A stretch of 63,869 nt of DNA, filler included, from Octopus bimaculoides (Eukaryota): NCBI RefSeq assembly GCF_001194135.2. It is 9 parts of 9 records of this genome, joined end to end, with 100 filler letters (N's around TTAATTAATTAA, not from the genome) between each part and the next. Parts side by side here need not be neighbours in the genome. Positions count along the whole stretch, not along the records: positions 1 to 24,080 come from NC_068993.1; 8 more parts are not named here. One strand, 5' to 3'. Made by a program: the position numbers and the translations under genes. Positions 1-9,715 of this stretch are shown here, piece after piece. A model generated the notes under the pieces. It was not told the DNA's origin, did no database searches, and saw nothing but the letters and a program-made list of their open reading frames with translations. The stretch's first letter is position 1. Every line of letters starts with the position of its first letter.

Positions 1-13
1 ACAACATACACAA

Positions 14-1655
14 ATGAAAGAAAAAGTAAAGAAAGAGTACTATAGACGAGTTAGATCAATACTAAAAACAGAGCTCAATGCTAAAAACAAGATAATGGGT
101 ATCAACACTTTAGCTGTCCCAGTTATAAGCTACAGTTACAACATCCTTAACTGGACACTAAACGAACTATGTAAAATAGACAGGAAAACAAGAAAAATAA
201 TGACAGGATATAGGATGCACCACCCGAAATCTGACATAGAAAGGCTATATATACAAGGTACAGAAGGTGGCAGGGGTCTTATACAGCTAGAAAACTATTA
301 TAAAATAACCACCATAAGACTGCAAAAATACCTACTCCAGAAGCAAGGAAATTTAATACAAATAGCCACAAAACACGAGCATAACAAAAAGCTGTTTTCA
401 GTATTTAAGGAAGCTGACAAATACAAACAAGAAATCAATCTACCTAACAAATACGAAGAAGAAGAAGAAGAAGAAGAAGAGGAAACAACAAAAGCTATAA
501 AACAAATGAAATCCAAACTAAAACTAGAACAGCAACGGACCATGATAAAACGATGGCAAGGAAAGCCCCTACATGGTAAATACTGGGCTAAACTAAATGC
601 GAAAGAAATAGACAGAGAAAAATCCCAGCNNNNNNNNNNNNNNNNNNNNNNNNNNNNNNNNNNNNNNNNNNNNNNNNNNNNNNNNNNNNNNNNNNNNNNN
701 NNNNNNNNNNNNNNNNNNNNNNNNNNNNNNNNNNNNNNNNNNNNNNNNNNNNNNNNNNNNNNNNNNNNNNNNNNNNNNNNNNNNNNNNNNNNNNNNNNNN
801 NNNNNNNNNNNNNNNNNNNNNNNNNNNNNNNNNNNNNNNNNNNNNNNNNNNNNNNNNNNNNNNNNNNNNNNNNNNNNNNNNNNNNNNNNNNNNNNNNNNN
901 NNNNNNNNNNNNNNNNNNNNNNNNNNNNNNNNNNNNNNNNNNNNNNNNNNNNNNNNNNNNNNNNNNNNNNNNNNNNNNNNNNNNNNNNNNNNNNNNNNNN
1001 NNNNNNNNNNNNNNNNNNNNNNNNNNNNNNNNNNNNNNNNNNNNNNNNNNNNNNNNNNNNNNNNNNNNNNNNNNNNNNNNNNNNNNNNNNNNNNNNNNNN
1101 NNNNNNNNNNNNNNNNNNNNNNNNNNNNNNNNNNNNNNNNNNNNNNNNNNNNNNNNNNNNNNNNNNNNNNNNNNNNNNNNNNNNNNNNNNNNNNNNNNNN
1201 NNNNNNNNNNNNNNNNNNNNNNNNNNNNNNNNNNNNNNNNNNNNNNNNNNNNNNNNNNNNNNNNNNNNNNNNNNNNNNNNNNNNNNNNNNNNNNNNNNNN
1301 NNNNNNNNNNNNNNNNNNNNNNNNNNNNNNNNNNNNNNNNNNNNNNNNNNNNNNNNNNNNNNNNNNNNNNNNNNNNNNNNNNNNNNNNNNNNNNNNNNNN
1401 NNNNNNNNNNNNNNNNNNNNNNNNNNNNNNNNNNNNNNNNNNNNNNNNNNNNNNNNNNNNNNNNNNNNNNNNNNNNNNNNNNNNNNNNNNNNNNNNNNNT
1501 AACATACAGAAAATTGCACTACTGGGTACTGCACACATCCTACGCAAAACACTTTCAATACAGTAAACCACAGCAAACCACAGCACATACCCAAGGCGCA
1601 CAGAGCTGCGCTCGGTAGTGAAGTGAAAGCACGTTATAAAAATAAAACTACTGAA
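14..1655 (+). mobile_element. R4/Dong-type non-LTR retrotransposon, 3' part (post-RT region, N gap, C-terminus, 3' UTR)
   Basis: ORF 14-629 reads KEYYRRVRSILKTELNAKNK...HPKSDIERLYIQGTEGGRGL, typical of the post-RT region of restriction-endonuclease-like LINEs. After the gap, the frame from 1501 reads NIQKIALLGTAHILRKTLSIQ* (stop 1564-1566), the characteristic R4/Dong/Rex6 C-terminus. A short UTR then runs into (TAA)n. Confidence 0.8.
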
Positions 1656-1656
1656 C

Positions 1657-1676
1657 AATAATAATAATAATAAAAC

Positions 1677-1731
<55 letters not shown>
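1657..1731. repeat. (TAA)n microsatellite, tail or target of the R4/Dong-type element
   Basis: Directly visible; abuts the LINE 3' UTR. Confidence 0.95.
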
Positions 1732-1740
<9 letters not shown>

Positions 1741-2122
1741 CATTTCTTTTATTAGCTACGAGGGCCCAAGACATGGCGGACAATATCGAAGGACGAGTTG
1801 AAGTGCAGAAAAGAAATTACAAAAACATGGGGTTAACATCAATCAAGGAGAGATACTACTACACTAAAGTATATAACAGAGGATATATAATAGAATGTAG
1901 AGAAATAAATAATAAATAAATAGAATCCCCAATAGCGGAGCAGTTCATTTATTTAATCCAGAGTGAACTCAACGCGAATATCTCTGACTATTCTGTCTAT
2001 CTCCAAGGCATGGAAAAATGCCCTCTTCCAGTTTCTTTCTTCCTGCTTAGAAAAGCCTATTCAGAGTAGATCCATTAAGTTTCACCAGTGTTGCCTCTAT
2101 CAGCCATCTTTTGATAAACACA
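1741..2122 (-). mobile_element. L1/Tx1-type LINE 3' end fragment
   Basis: Minus frame FIKRWLIEATLVKLNGSTLNRLF* matches the C-terminus of the copies at 3180-4160 and 19870-20400. It ends in a TTGTCC...AATAAAAGAAAT 3' motif facing the (ATT)n run. Confidence 0.55.
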
Positions 2123-3180
2123 TTAGACAGAAATGGGTTGCGAGTGAGTAGATAGAAGAGAATGGAGAAAGCAAGAAATGAAAGGAACGGGATAGCTGTG
2201 GCAAAGAATGAATGAGAGCGAAAGTAAAGTAAAATCAAAAATACAAAATTAAAAATTAAAATAAGGATAAGCTGCCAGTATTATTCTTAGTAAGCGTCAG
2301 TTCGATGTGAGAGGTCAGGCGTTAAGGTTTTGGTAAAGTGGAAGAGGGAGGTATTTGTGTCTATTAATTAAGTAGATGAATTCTAAGCTGGAGTTGCTCA
2401 GAGTTTAGCTCAGTGGTCAGTAGAGATAGCTAAACGTAGATGCCTAGTTTAAGGGGGTGTATATATAGGATATACAACAATTAAATGGATAGAAGCTACA
2501 AATTAAAGAATTAAAAATTTGAAAATAAAAGTTAGAATTTAAATTAAAATTAAAAAAATTGAAAAGTAAAAGAATTAAAGCTAGCTAGCTAAAAAGATTC
2601 TTATGTTGATAATACCCAAGAAAAAAATGTACGTATATTGTAACGATCGTGGATGCATATAGGCACGTGTTATGCGTGTTGCTTTTGCTTGCATTTGGAC
2701 CTATGGAAGTATCTACAGGTCCGATAGAACTTATGCTTACATGTAGACAATGCTTTGTGTTGTTTACTGAGTAATTGAGGTGAATTAGGAATTAATTTTC
2801 GGAGGGCTTCTTTCAGGCAGAATCTAGATGTGGTGTACTGGCCTTGATATGGGACACAGGAATCTATTATGGCCCAGGATATCCTATATGGCACTTTCCT
2901 ATTTATCAGATGGCATATGTGGTTGGCTAGGGACGTGGGTTTATTATGCACCTCATATTTAAATGAGTTTAGATGTGTTTGAAATTAATAGTAGATCTGA
3001 TGTAGTAGCTGGTGAAATTATTTAATGGGTTGTGGACAATGCATTTGTATACTACGTTAAACCTTCTGCAGCGGGCATTTGGTCCTGGACCAGTAGTTGC
3101 AGCTATCAGTATTACGTGGGATAGTTGTGGAAATGGAAGATGCTGTACTATTTATGGACAAGTTAAAATTTAAGGTGGTA
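2123..3180 (-). mobile_element. Penelope-like element remnant: Cys-rich linker, decayed GIY-YIG endonuclease and truncated 3' pseudo-LTR
   Basis: With frameshifts, the minus strand reads SCNYWSRTKCPL / NVVYKCIV...SYYIRST (degenerate GIY-YIG) / TSLANHICHLINRKVPYRISWAIID...RFCLKEAL...LSTCKHK. Segment 2123-2668 is homologous to 4348-4893 in inverted orientation. Confidence 0.75.
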
Positions 3181-4157
3181 TTCGGAAGAGACTCAGACAG
3201 GGTGAGTGGTATCTGGTATGTTGACAGGCATTCATTGTCCTCTACCATGCGGAAAATCGGTCAGTGCAAAATCCACTCCTAAGTTCTATAGAGGGTTAGT
3301 GGTAGGAAAGTGCGATAATGCACTAGGAGAGGCGCTGGGCGTCGACAAAGTCGAACTGACCCGTCTGTTTCAGAAGACTTCCGAACCTGGAACGTTGGAT
3401 ACCTTACAGAAATCCCTCGCTTGGCAGTGCTACCGGGGGGTGAGGGGTACTAATGGTTCGAGATAAACTCTACAAGTACGGAAGTGCTGTCAGACGGACC
3501 TGCCGAGATGAACGCAGAGCGATGAAACTGCTCTATACTCACTCGTCCAGTATCCATCCATTTCTGACTCATGGAGTTATTTCGCACAGTTGATGTCGCG
3601 TGTAGCACGGATCCGGCTACCAGCCGAGTCCATAGTAAGATTAACTCACTGCCTTCCTTTGGCCAAGAAGGGCAGGCAATTCTCCTGCCTGGTAGTAGTA
3701 GCGAAAGTAGTTGTATGATGGAACAGGTTGTAGACAGACACTTTTCTCTTCGGCCAATCCCTCATCAACTTTTTCAAATTTCACTTGGAAAGGAAGATGA
3801 GGATGTAGAGAGAGAAGTGATGCCTCCCCCAGTGCATTTACTGAAAGGTGGGCGAATGTAGCGAAAAGGGACCGTGTGAGTGGACCTACTTTAATAATTC
3901 GCCAGTAGGCTGGTAAATTTGAGGAGGAGAGGTGTAATCTTCCTGATTACCCTTGAGACGCCGGGTGGTTCAGGATTAGTGGGGTACCTAAGCCAACCAT
4001 GGTGGTCATCCCCCTATTGGAGAAATCTCATTATTATATTTTTCTTGTTTATTGTTATGTTTTCCGAATTGTTTCACCGTTGTTTTGTGTAAAACACCCA
4101 CTGTCCCCATCTACTGAATTGTCCCCTATATGTCGACCCTAGTGGCCAATAAATGAA

Positions 4158-4160
<3 letters not shown>
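3180..4160 (+). mobile_element. L1/Tx1-type LINE 3' end (zf-RVT and CCHC region, C-terminus, 3' UTR, (ATT)n tail)
   Basis: Decayed frames read FYRGLV...TLDTLQKSLAWQCYRG, DETALYSLVQYPSISDSWSY (degenerate CCHC), GQSLINFFKFHLERKMR and FTERWANVAKRDRVSGPTLII*. It ends CCCTAGTGGCCAATAAATGAAATT followed by (ATT)n. Confidence 0.7.
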
Positions 4161-4200
<40 letters not shown>

Positions 4201-4322
4201 GCAGTAGTAGTAATAGTAGTAGTAGTAGTGGTGGTGGTGGTGGTTGTGATATAGTAGTAGTAGTAGTAGAAGTAGTGGTCGTATTGAATTTATTAGCATA
4301 GTAGTAGTAGTGCTATTAGTAT
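4160..4322. repeat. (ATT)n/(TAG)n/(GGT)n compound microsatellite
   Basis: Directly visible. Confidence 0.95.
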
Positions 4323-4347
4323 TAACACTCATTTTTGGCCGTCCTTT

Positions 4348-5310
4348 ATGCATCCAAGATTGTTACAATATAAGTACGTATTTTCTTTTCCTATTCTTCT
4401 CTATCAGCATAAGAATCTTAGCAGATAGCTAGTTTAATTCATTTACTTTTCAATTTTTTAATTTTAATTTAACTTTTAACTTTTATTTTTTAATTTTTAA
4501 TTCTTTAATTTGTATCTTTTAACCATTTAATTCTAGTTTTATCCTGTGTATACCCCCTTAAGGTAGGCATGTATTTTTAGCTATCTCTACTGACCATTGA
4601 ACTAAACAGTCTCTCTGACCACCCCTAGCCTAGAATTCATCTATTTAATTAATAGACACAAATACCTCCCCCTTCACTTTACCAAAACCTTAACGCCCGA
4701 CATGTCACCTCGAACTGACACTTACCAAGAATAATACTTGCATCTTATCTTTATTTCTATTTATATATGTTTTGTATTTTTGATTTTACCTTACTTTCGC
4801 TCTCATCATTCTTTGCCACACCTATCCTATTCCTTTCATTTCTCGCTTGCTCCACTCTCTTCTATCCACTCACTCGCAACCCATTTCTGTCTAGCTTGTT
4901 TTCTGTCTTTCTCAATGTTTATATCCACGTGGACAATTTACATATTAGCTAACCACTTAATCCATTACTTGAACATGAACGCATCATTCAGGATACTGAC
5001 AAAATACTGCCTGGATTTACCTGGGATCATACCCTACGGCCTATACCTTCACGGAAGTACGGACCAACCTACATACCCTCTGGAAAAACATAAACTGTGA
5101 ACTTTATTCTCCTGTCTGTATTCTTCTGTCTACTTTTACACTTTATTCTTCTATTTAACTCCTTACAAACTGTGAATTTCCCTGCCGTAAACTTTCTTAC
5201 ACATTCACTTTGTCTCTGATGACAAAAGAGCTAGTGTGCGGACATGCTATCCTATCACTTGGGATATAACAGAAACAGCTGTAAGACTTCAAATTCACCT
5301 TATTTCAATT
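4348..5310 (+). mobile_element. Penelope-like pseudo-LTR, inverted relative to 2123-2668, with a hammerhead-like motif near its 3' end
   Basis: Inverted homology to 2123-2668; CTGATGA at 5216-5222 and GAAAC-AGCT-GTA at 5272-5283. Confidence 0.65.
5212..5287 (+). ncRNA. Type I hammerhead ribozyme-like motif (Penelope-type, palindromic stem III)
   Basis: GTCT (5212-15) pairs with AGAC (5284-87) as stem I. The core has CTGATGA and GAAAC, the palindrome ACAGCTGT forms stem III, and the cleavage triplet is GUA. Stem II is long and lacks the canonical closing pair. Confidence 0.55.
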
Positions 5311-5438
5311 AAATTATTGTAAATGACTTACGATACTCGTCCTGCCTTGGAGTTTGTTGTCTTTTCCCTCTTATATAATATAATATACTACAATATAATA
5401 TAATGAAATAGGATATAATATAATATAATATGATATTA

Positions 5439-5699
5439 AGTACAGTAGATGGCAATCCTCCATGCTGACATACGAGTTTATTGACAGAGCTCATCAAGAT
5501 GTAGGAGCGAAGAACAGGTGTGTTGGTGCAAATGTGAAAAATAGAACTCAAAGTATTAATGTATGTATATTTTTATTAATATTTAGCAGAAGCAACAGAG
5601 TGACTCAAGGCACAATAGTTTCGTGCGTCAGCACTTATCAACGATGAGCTTTATCAACAAACTTGACTGTCAGCTTGGAGAATTAACATCTACTGTACT
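5439..5699. repeat. About 58-bp inverted repeat pair (5439-5496 / 5645-5699) enclosing a Penelope-like fragment
   Basis: AGTACAGTAGATGGCAATCCTCCATGCTGAC...GAGCTCATC versus the reverse complement of 5645-5699, AGTACAGTAGATGTTAATTCTCCAAGCTGAC...AAAGCTCATC. Confidence 0.75.
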
Positions 5700-5727
5700 C
5701 AATGAAAAATATTCTCATACCTCCAAA

Positions 5728-6424
5728 GAAACTCATTCTACTCGCAAAATACTATATGTTTTTTTCCAGCGACAAACTGTCGCCGATCTCGAAAAAGGAG
5801 AAATAAGTTATATTAAATCTCTGAGCGAGATATAAACAGTAGCCATACGGAATCGTAACATATAATTGCCAACCAAGTGTGGCGCCCTATACAGGAAAGT
5901 GCTACTGACGTTTATAGCTCCAAGAAAAGATCTCTTCCAGCTGGCTAACGACACACATCCTGTGTCCGATTAGTATTTGCGAGAGGAGGTCATCGCTCCC
6001 GTCTCTAACCTTACGTGATACACACGGAATCGAGTTTCTGGGTGGTTACCCGTCCTCAGCGTGTGATAATCAACAGGTAGTGATATGGAAACTCATTCCA
6101 CTCACAAAATACTATACACTTTTTCTAGCGACAAACTGTTGCTGATCTCGAAAAAGGAAAAATAAGTTATATTAAATCTTTGGGCGAGATATAAACGGGA
6201 GCAATACAGAATCGTAACATTTAATTGCCAACAAAGTGTGGCGTCCTATACAGCAGAATGCTACTGACGTTTATAGCCCCGGGAAGACATCTCTTCCAGC
6301 TGGCTAACAACATACATTGTAATCGGACACAGAATGTGTGTCGTTAGCCAGCTGGAGGAGATGTCTTCCTGGGGTTATAAACGTCAGTAGCACCCTGCTG
6401 TATAGGATGCCACACTTGGTTGGC

Positions 6425-6429
<5 letters not shown>
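5728..6429. repeat. Diverged direct duplication (5728-5970 / 6088-6320) whose second copy folds back into a ~97-bp-arm palindrome (6222-6318 / 6333-6429)
   Basis: Both the direct repeat (period 360) and the arms TAATTGCCAAC...CCAGCTGGCTAAC / GTTAGCCAGCTGG...GTTGGCAATTA can be read directly. Confidence 0.85.
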
Positions 6430-6465
<36 letters not shown>

Positions 6466-6468
<3 letters not shown>

Positions 6469-7330
6469 TGGCTGTCTACTCCTTACACATAGTTTGACCA
6501 CCTCCTGCACCTACACGTTAGCCCTTTCATGGCGTCTGATGTAGCTTTTTAAACCAGACAATGTTTTGAAAAAACACTCACACAGATTGCACCTCTGATT
6601 TGTACTACCAATACCTGCAGGTAAGTTCTGCTCATTGTGGATCCTAACATGTCTTTTAAGACTCCCATTGGATTTGCAAGCCCTCTGACACACCACATTC
6701 AAACGTGTGCACAGACATATAATAAGAATAGCTGGTTGAAGTTTGTTTTCCATGGGTTTTCAGGTGAGATTTGAGGCCAACCAAAGACAGGCATGGTCTG
6801 TCACAGACTGTGCACACAAAGAGGTCCTTGTCATTCACCTTCTCGATCTTTACATTTTACCTTAAATATCTCTTGAGTCCTGCTTGCCTCATCCTGGCCT
6901 CTTCAAACGCTTTCACTCCACTCCACACCCTTGTTCGCCATCTAACTCGATCTGAAGCGAGAGCTTCTATATCTTCCGGAGTTATTCCAAGTGACTTCAT
7001 AGCCGTCCTTATGCCATCCTTAAACCTTTTTTTAGGTTTATCCCGATAGCGTTTCCCCTCTGCAAGCTCACCATAAAACAGCTGTTTCGGCATCTTACAT
7101 TCGAACAATATTGCCACACCATCTCAATTGGTTCCTCAAAATCATAGCTTTAATTGAGAGGATGCCTGCAGATGCAAGGATATCTGTGTTTGGAGTAAAA
7201 GAATTCCATTTAATTTTTAAAATATGACGAAGGCATTTTTGATGGAATTGTTCTAACAGTTTAAAATGCCTTTCATAACAAGTCCAAGTTTCACAGGAAT
7301 ACAATAGGTATGTTAAGACAAATGATATGT
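6466..7330 (-). mobile_element. 5'-truncated RTE-clade LINE: RT C-terminal region plus three C2H2 zinc fingers, short 3' UTR, abutting (TA)n
   Basis: LLYSCETW...LEQFHQKCLRHILKIKW...QLRWCGNIVRM and MPKQLFYGELAEGKR...KKRFKD...DRVRWR are classic RTE motifs. C2H2 fingers lie at 6752-6814, 6637-6697 and 6529-6591, with a stop at 6511-6513. Confidence 0.9.
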
Positions 7331-7573
7331 CATGTCGCTCTTCAGTGTTACTGGTAACATGTAATCCAGTACAACCTGGCAACCCCACCAGGCTTGCTTG
7401 GTGATGAGGGTGTTGTTGGACACCCTTCAGGACGAAAAGTAAGACCTGTCAAAGAGCGGATGAACTGAATAGTCCAACAAAATGTCTGTAAATATGTATA
7501 TATATGGGTGTATGTATATGTACGAATGTCTGTAAATATGTATCTATGAATAATTTTAATTTTATATATATTT

Positions 7574-7977
7574 ACTCTTTTACTCTTTTACTTGTTTCAA
7601 TCATTTGACTGCGGCCATGCCGGACCACCGCCTTTAGTCGAGCAAATCGACCCCAGGACTTATTATTTGTAAGCCTAGTACTTATTGTATCGGTTTCTTT
7701 TGCCGAACCGCTAAGTTACGGGGACGTAAACACACCAGCATCGGTTGTCAAGCGATGTTGGGGGGACAAATACAGACACACAAACATACACACACACCTA
7801 CACATATATATATACATATATACGACAGGCTTCTTTCAGTTTCCGTCTACCAAATCCACTCACAATGCTTTGGTCGGCTCGAGGCTATAGTAGAAGACAC
7901 TTGCCCAAGGTGCCACGCAGTGGGAATGAACCCGGAACCATGTGGTTGGTAAGCAAGCTACTTACCACACAGCCACT
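7574..7977 (-). mobile_element. tRNA-related SINE family A, near full copy
   Basis: Minus-strand head TGGCTGTGTGG (A-box-like) and GGTTCATTCCC (B-box-like), body GGAAACTGAAAGAAGCC, (TG/TA)n spacer and 3' module. The same sequence recurs at 34003-34160(+), 41115-41280(-), 42555-42720(+), 46860-47030(-), 48370-48545(-) and 56910-57060(+). Confidence 0.85.
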
Positions 7978-9049
7978 ACAACCTCATTCATGATGAATAC
8001 AGTGCGCAATAATTTATAAATAATGAAATATTAAAAACAACATTTATGTTATAATATCAATTTATTTTAAATCGTACTGTACGTTGTCAGTAATTTTAAC
8101 TAACACCATATTAGAGATTTTTGATATATTTGAAATATTTTACTGTGGTATAATGTTGTATAATCGCTAATAATTTATAACTTCCTGGAAGTCATCAATC
8201 AGTAAGAAAATAAAATTTTGGAAACACTGAAACACAAGTATAATTGTGTTTTATTTATTTCTAATTTCATGACATTAACCTAATGACAGTTCGTTGACAG
8301 TCGATGACACGGCAACAGAAAGTTGTTATAACTCATTTAACTGCCGGTCAGGCTTGATCAAGTAATCATAAACAATATTGTAATTTATCATTCCAGCGTT
8401 TTAATGTATCCGTTAAGGTATAATAAAGTGCGATATCAGGATATCTTGGCAGCCGTTCCCAGTCGTTCAAACGTTTTTATACAAACCTTCCAGTTATTTT
8501 GCAGAAGAAAAATAGGATGCACTGCATCCTCTGCAATTGCCTCTCCATTCGCAACTGTCCTGCCGTCTTCGACTTGCAAATGTTTAAAGACGAACAATAA
8601 CTGCATTAAATTAACCTGTTTGGGAGGTGGCCATAATCAGTATTGCTGCTTGTTCTAGTTGACAAAATTGAGTTTAATTCATTTAAATTAATTAGTGTTA
8701 ATATATTGAAATATTGTTGAAAGCGGAATATTGATTGTAAATATAACATGAGCTTACATTCTCTTTGAGTATGTGAGAAAAATAATGAGTTGCTTTTGTA
8801 CTAAGTTCTTATGATGAAGTAGGACTATGAATGACAAGAAGTATTCAATTCGTGACTATCTCGAATTTTAGGAGTATCTACGGCTATATGAAGTAATGTG
8901 TAATTCCTTTACTACAGTAGTGCATAATATAAGGGATATTTGATTGCTTTTTTCTCCGTGTCAGTCGAACAAGCAAATGCTTCGTTGTTGGGTCATGATA
9001 TGAAGTATTATGGTAGTGCTAAGAATGATTCCTTTGCACATCAGGCTCA

Positions 9050-9715
9050 TACCATGACGTCTACAGAAAGCGATTCCACAAGGAATCTTTCCTGACAACA
9101 TCTAGAACAACGTCGAAAATTTTGAGAGGAATCTGCAATATCAAATGTTATTCTGTGTTCACATGGTTGCAACAGAACTAATTATTCACATTCTGAAAAA
9201 ATAAAAAATGGATACCGTAGATCTTGTGAATGCAGGTAGACAATGGAATGACCAGACATTGTGGTAGCTCGTGGCTCCACATGGAGTTTCAATGTTATTG
9301 GTTCACGCTTCAGACTACGATGTAAAACCAAAGTTACAGTGTAGAAGTCACGTGATGAGTGATAAAAATGAATTCCAGTTGTGACCATGCCGTCTTGTTT
9401 CACACATTGCATTTATTCTAAGATTACATTATACAGCCTATTCTTCAGATCAGTAGACAGAAGGATGCAAATTAAGGGAGCTCCTCGTCCCCACTTGAGG
9501 TAAGATTGTTTCAGTTGTTGGTATTGCTTAGACCCACTTCAAACTTCATTGTAAATATTCTGAACAAAGTCGTTCCATCCATGAACCATTAATCTAAACT
9601 TCATTAAAGAGAACTGTGATAATAAGTATTCCACCCACGACGATAACATCTCATTTTGGGTGACATAATACACGATAAATGGTAGAGCAAATCTGTGCCT
9701 GGTCATTGGGTGCTT
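9050..9715 (-). pseudogene. Unidentified decayed reading frame (222 codons, 3 stops)
   Basis: One minus frame is interrupted only at 9539-41, 9413-15 and 9182-84. No recognisable family. Confidence 0.3.

Noticed and set aside
9230-9290. TTMSGH peptide resembling viral RdRP motif B
   Set aside because: No motif A or GDD at suitable spacing; a six-residue resemblance is not evidence.
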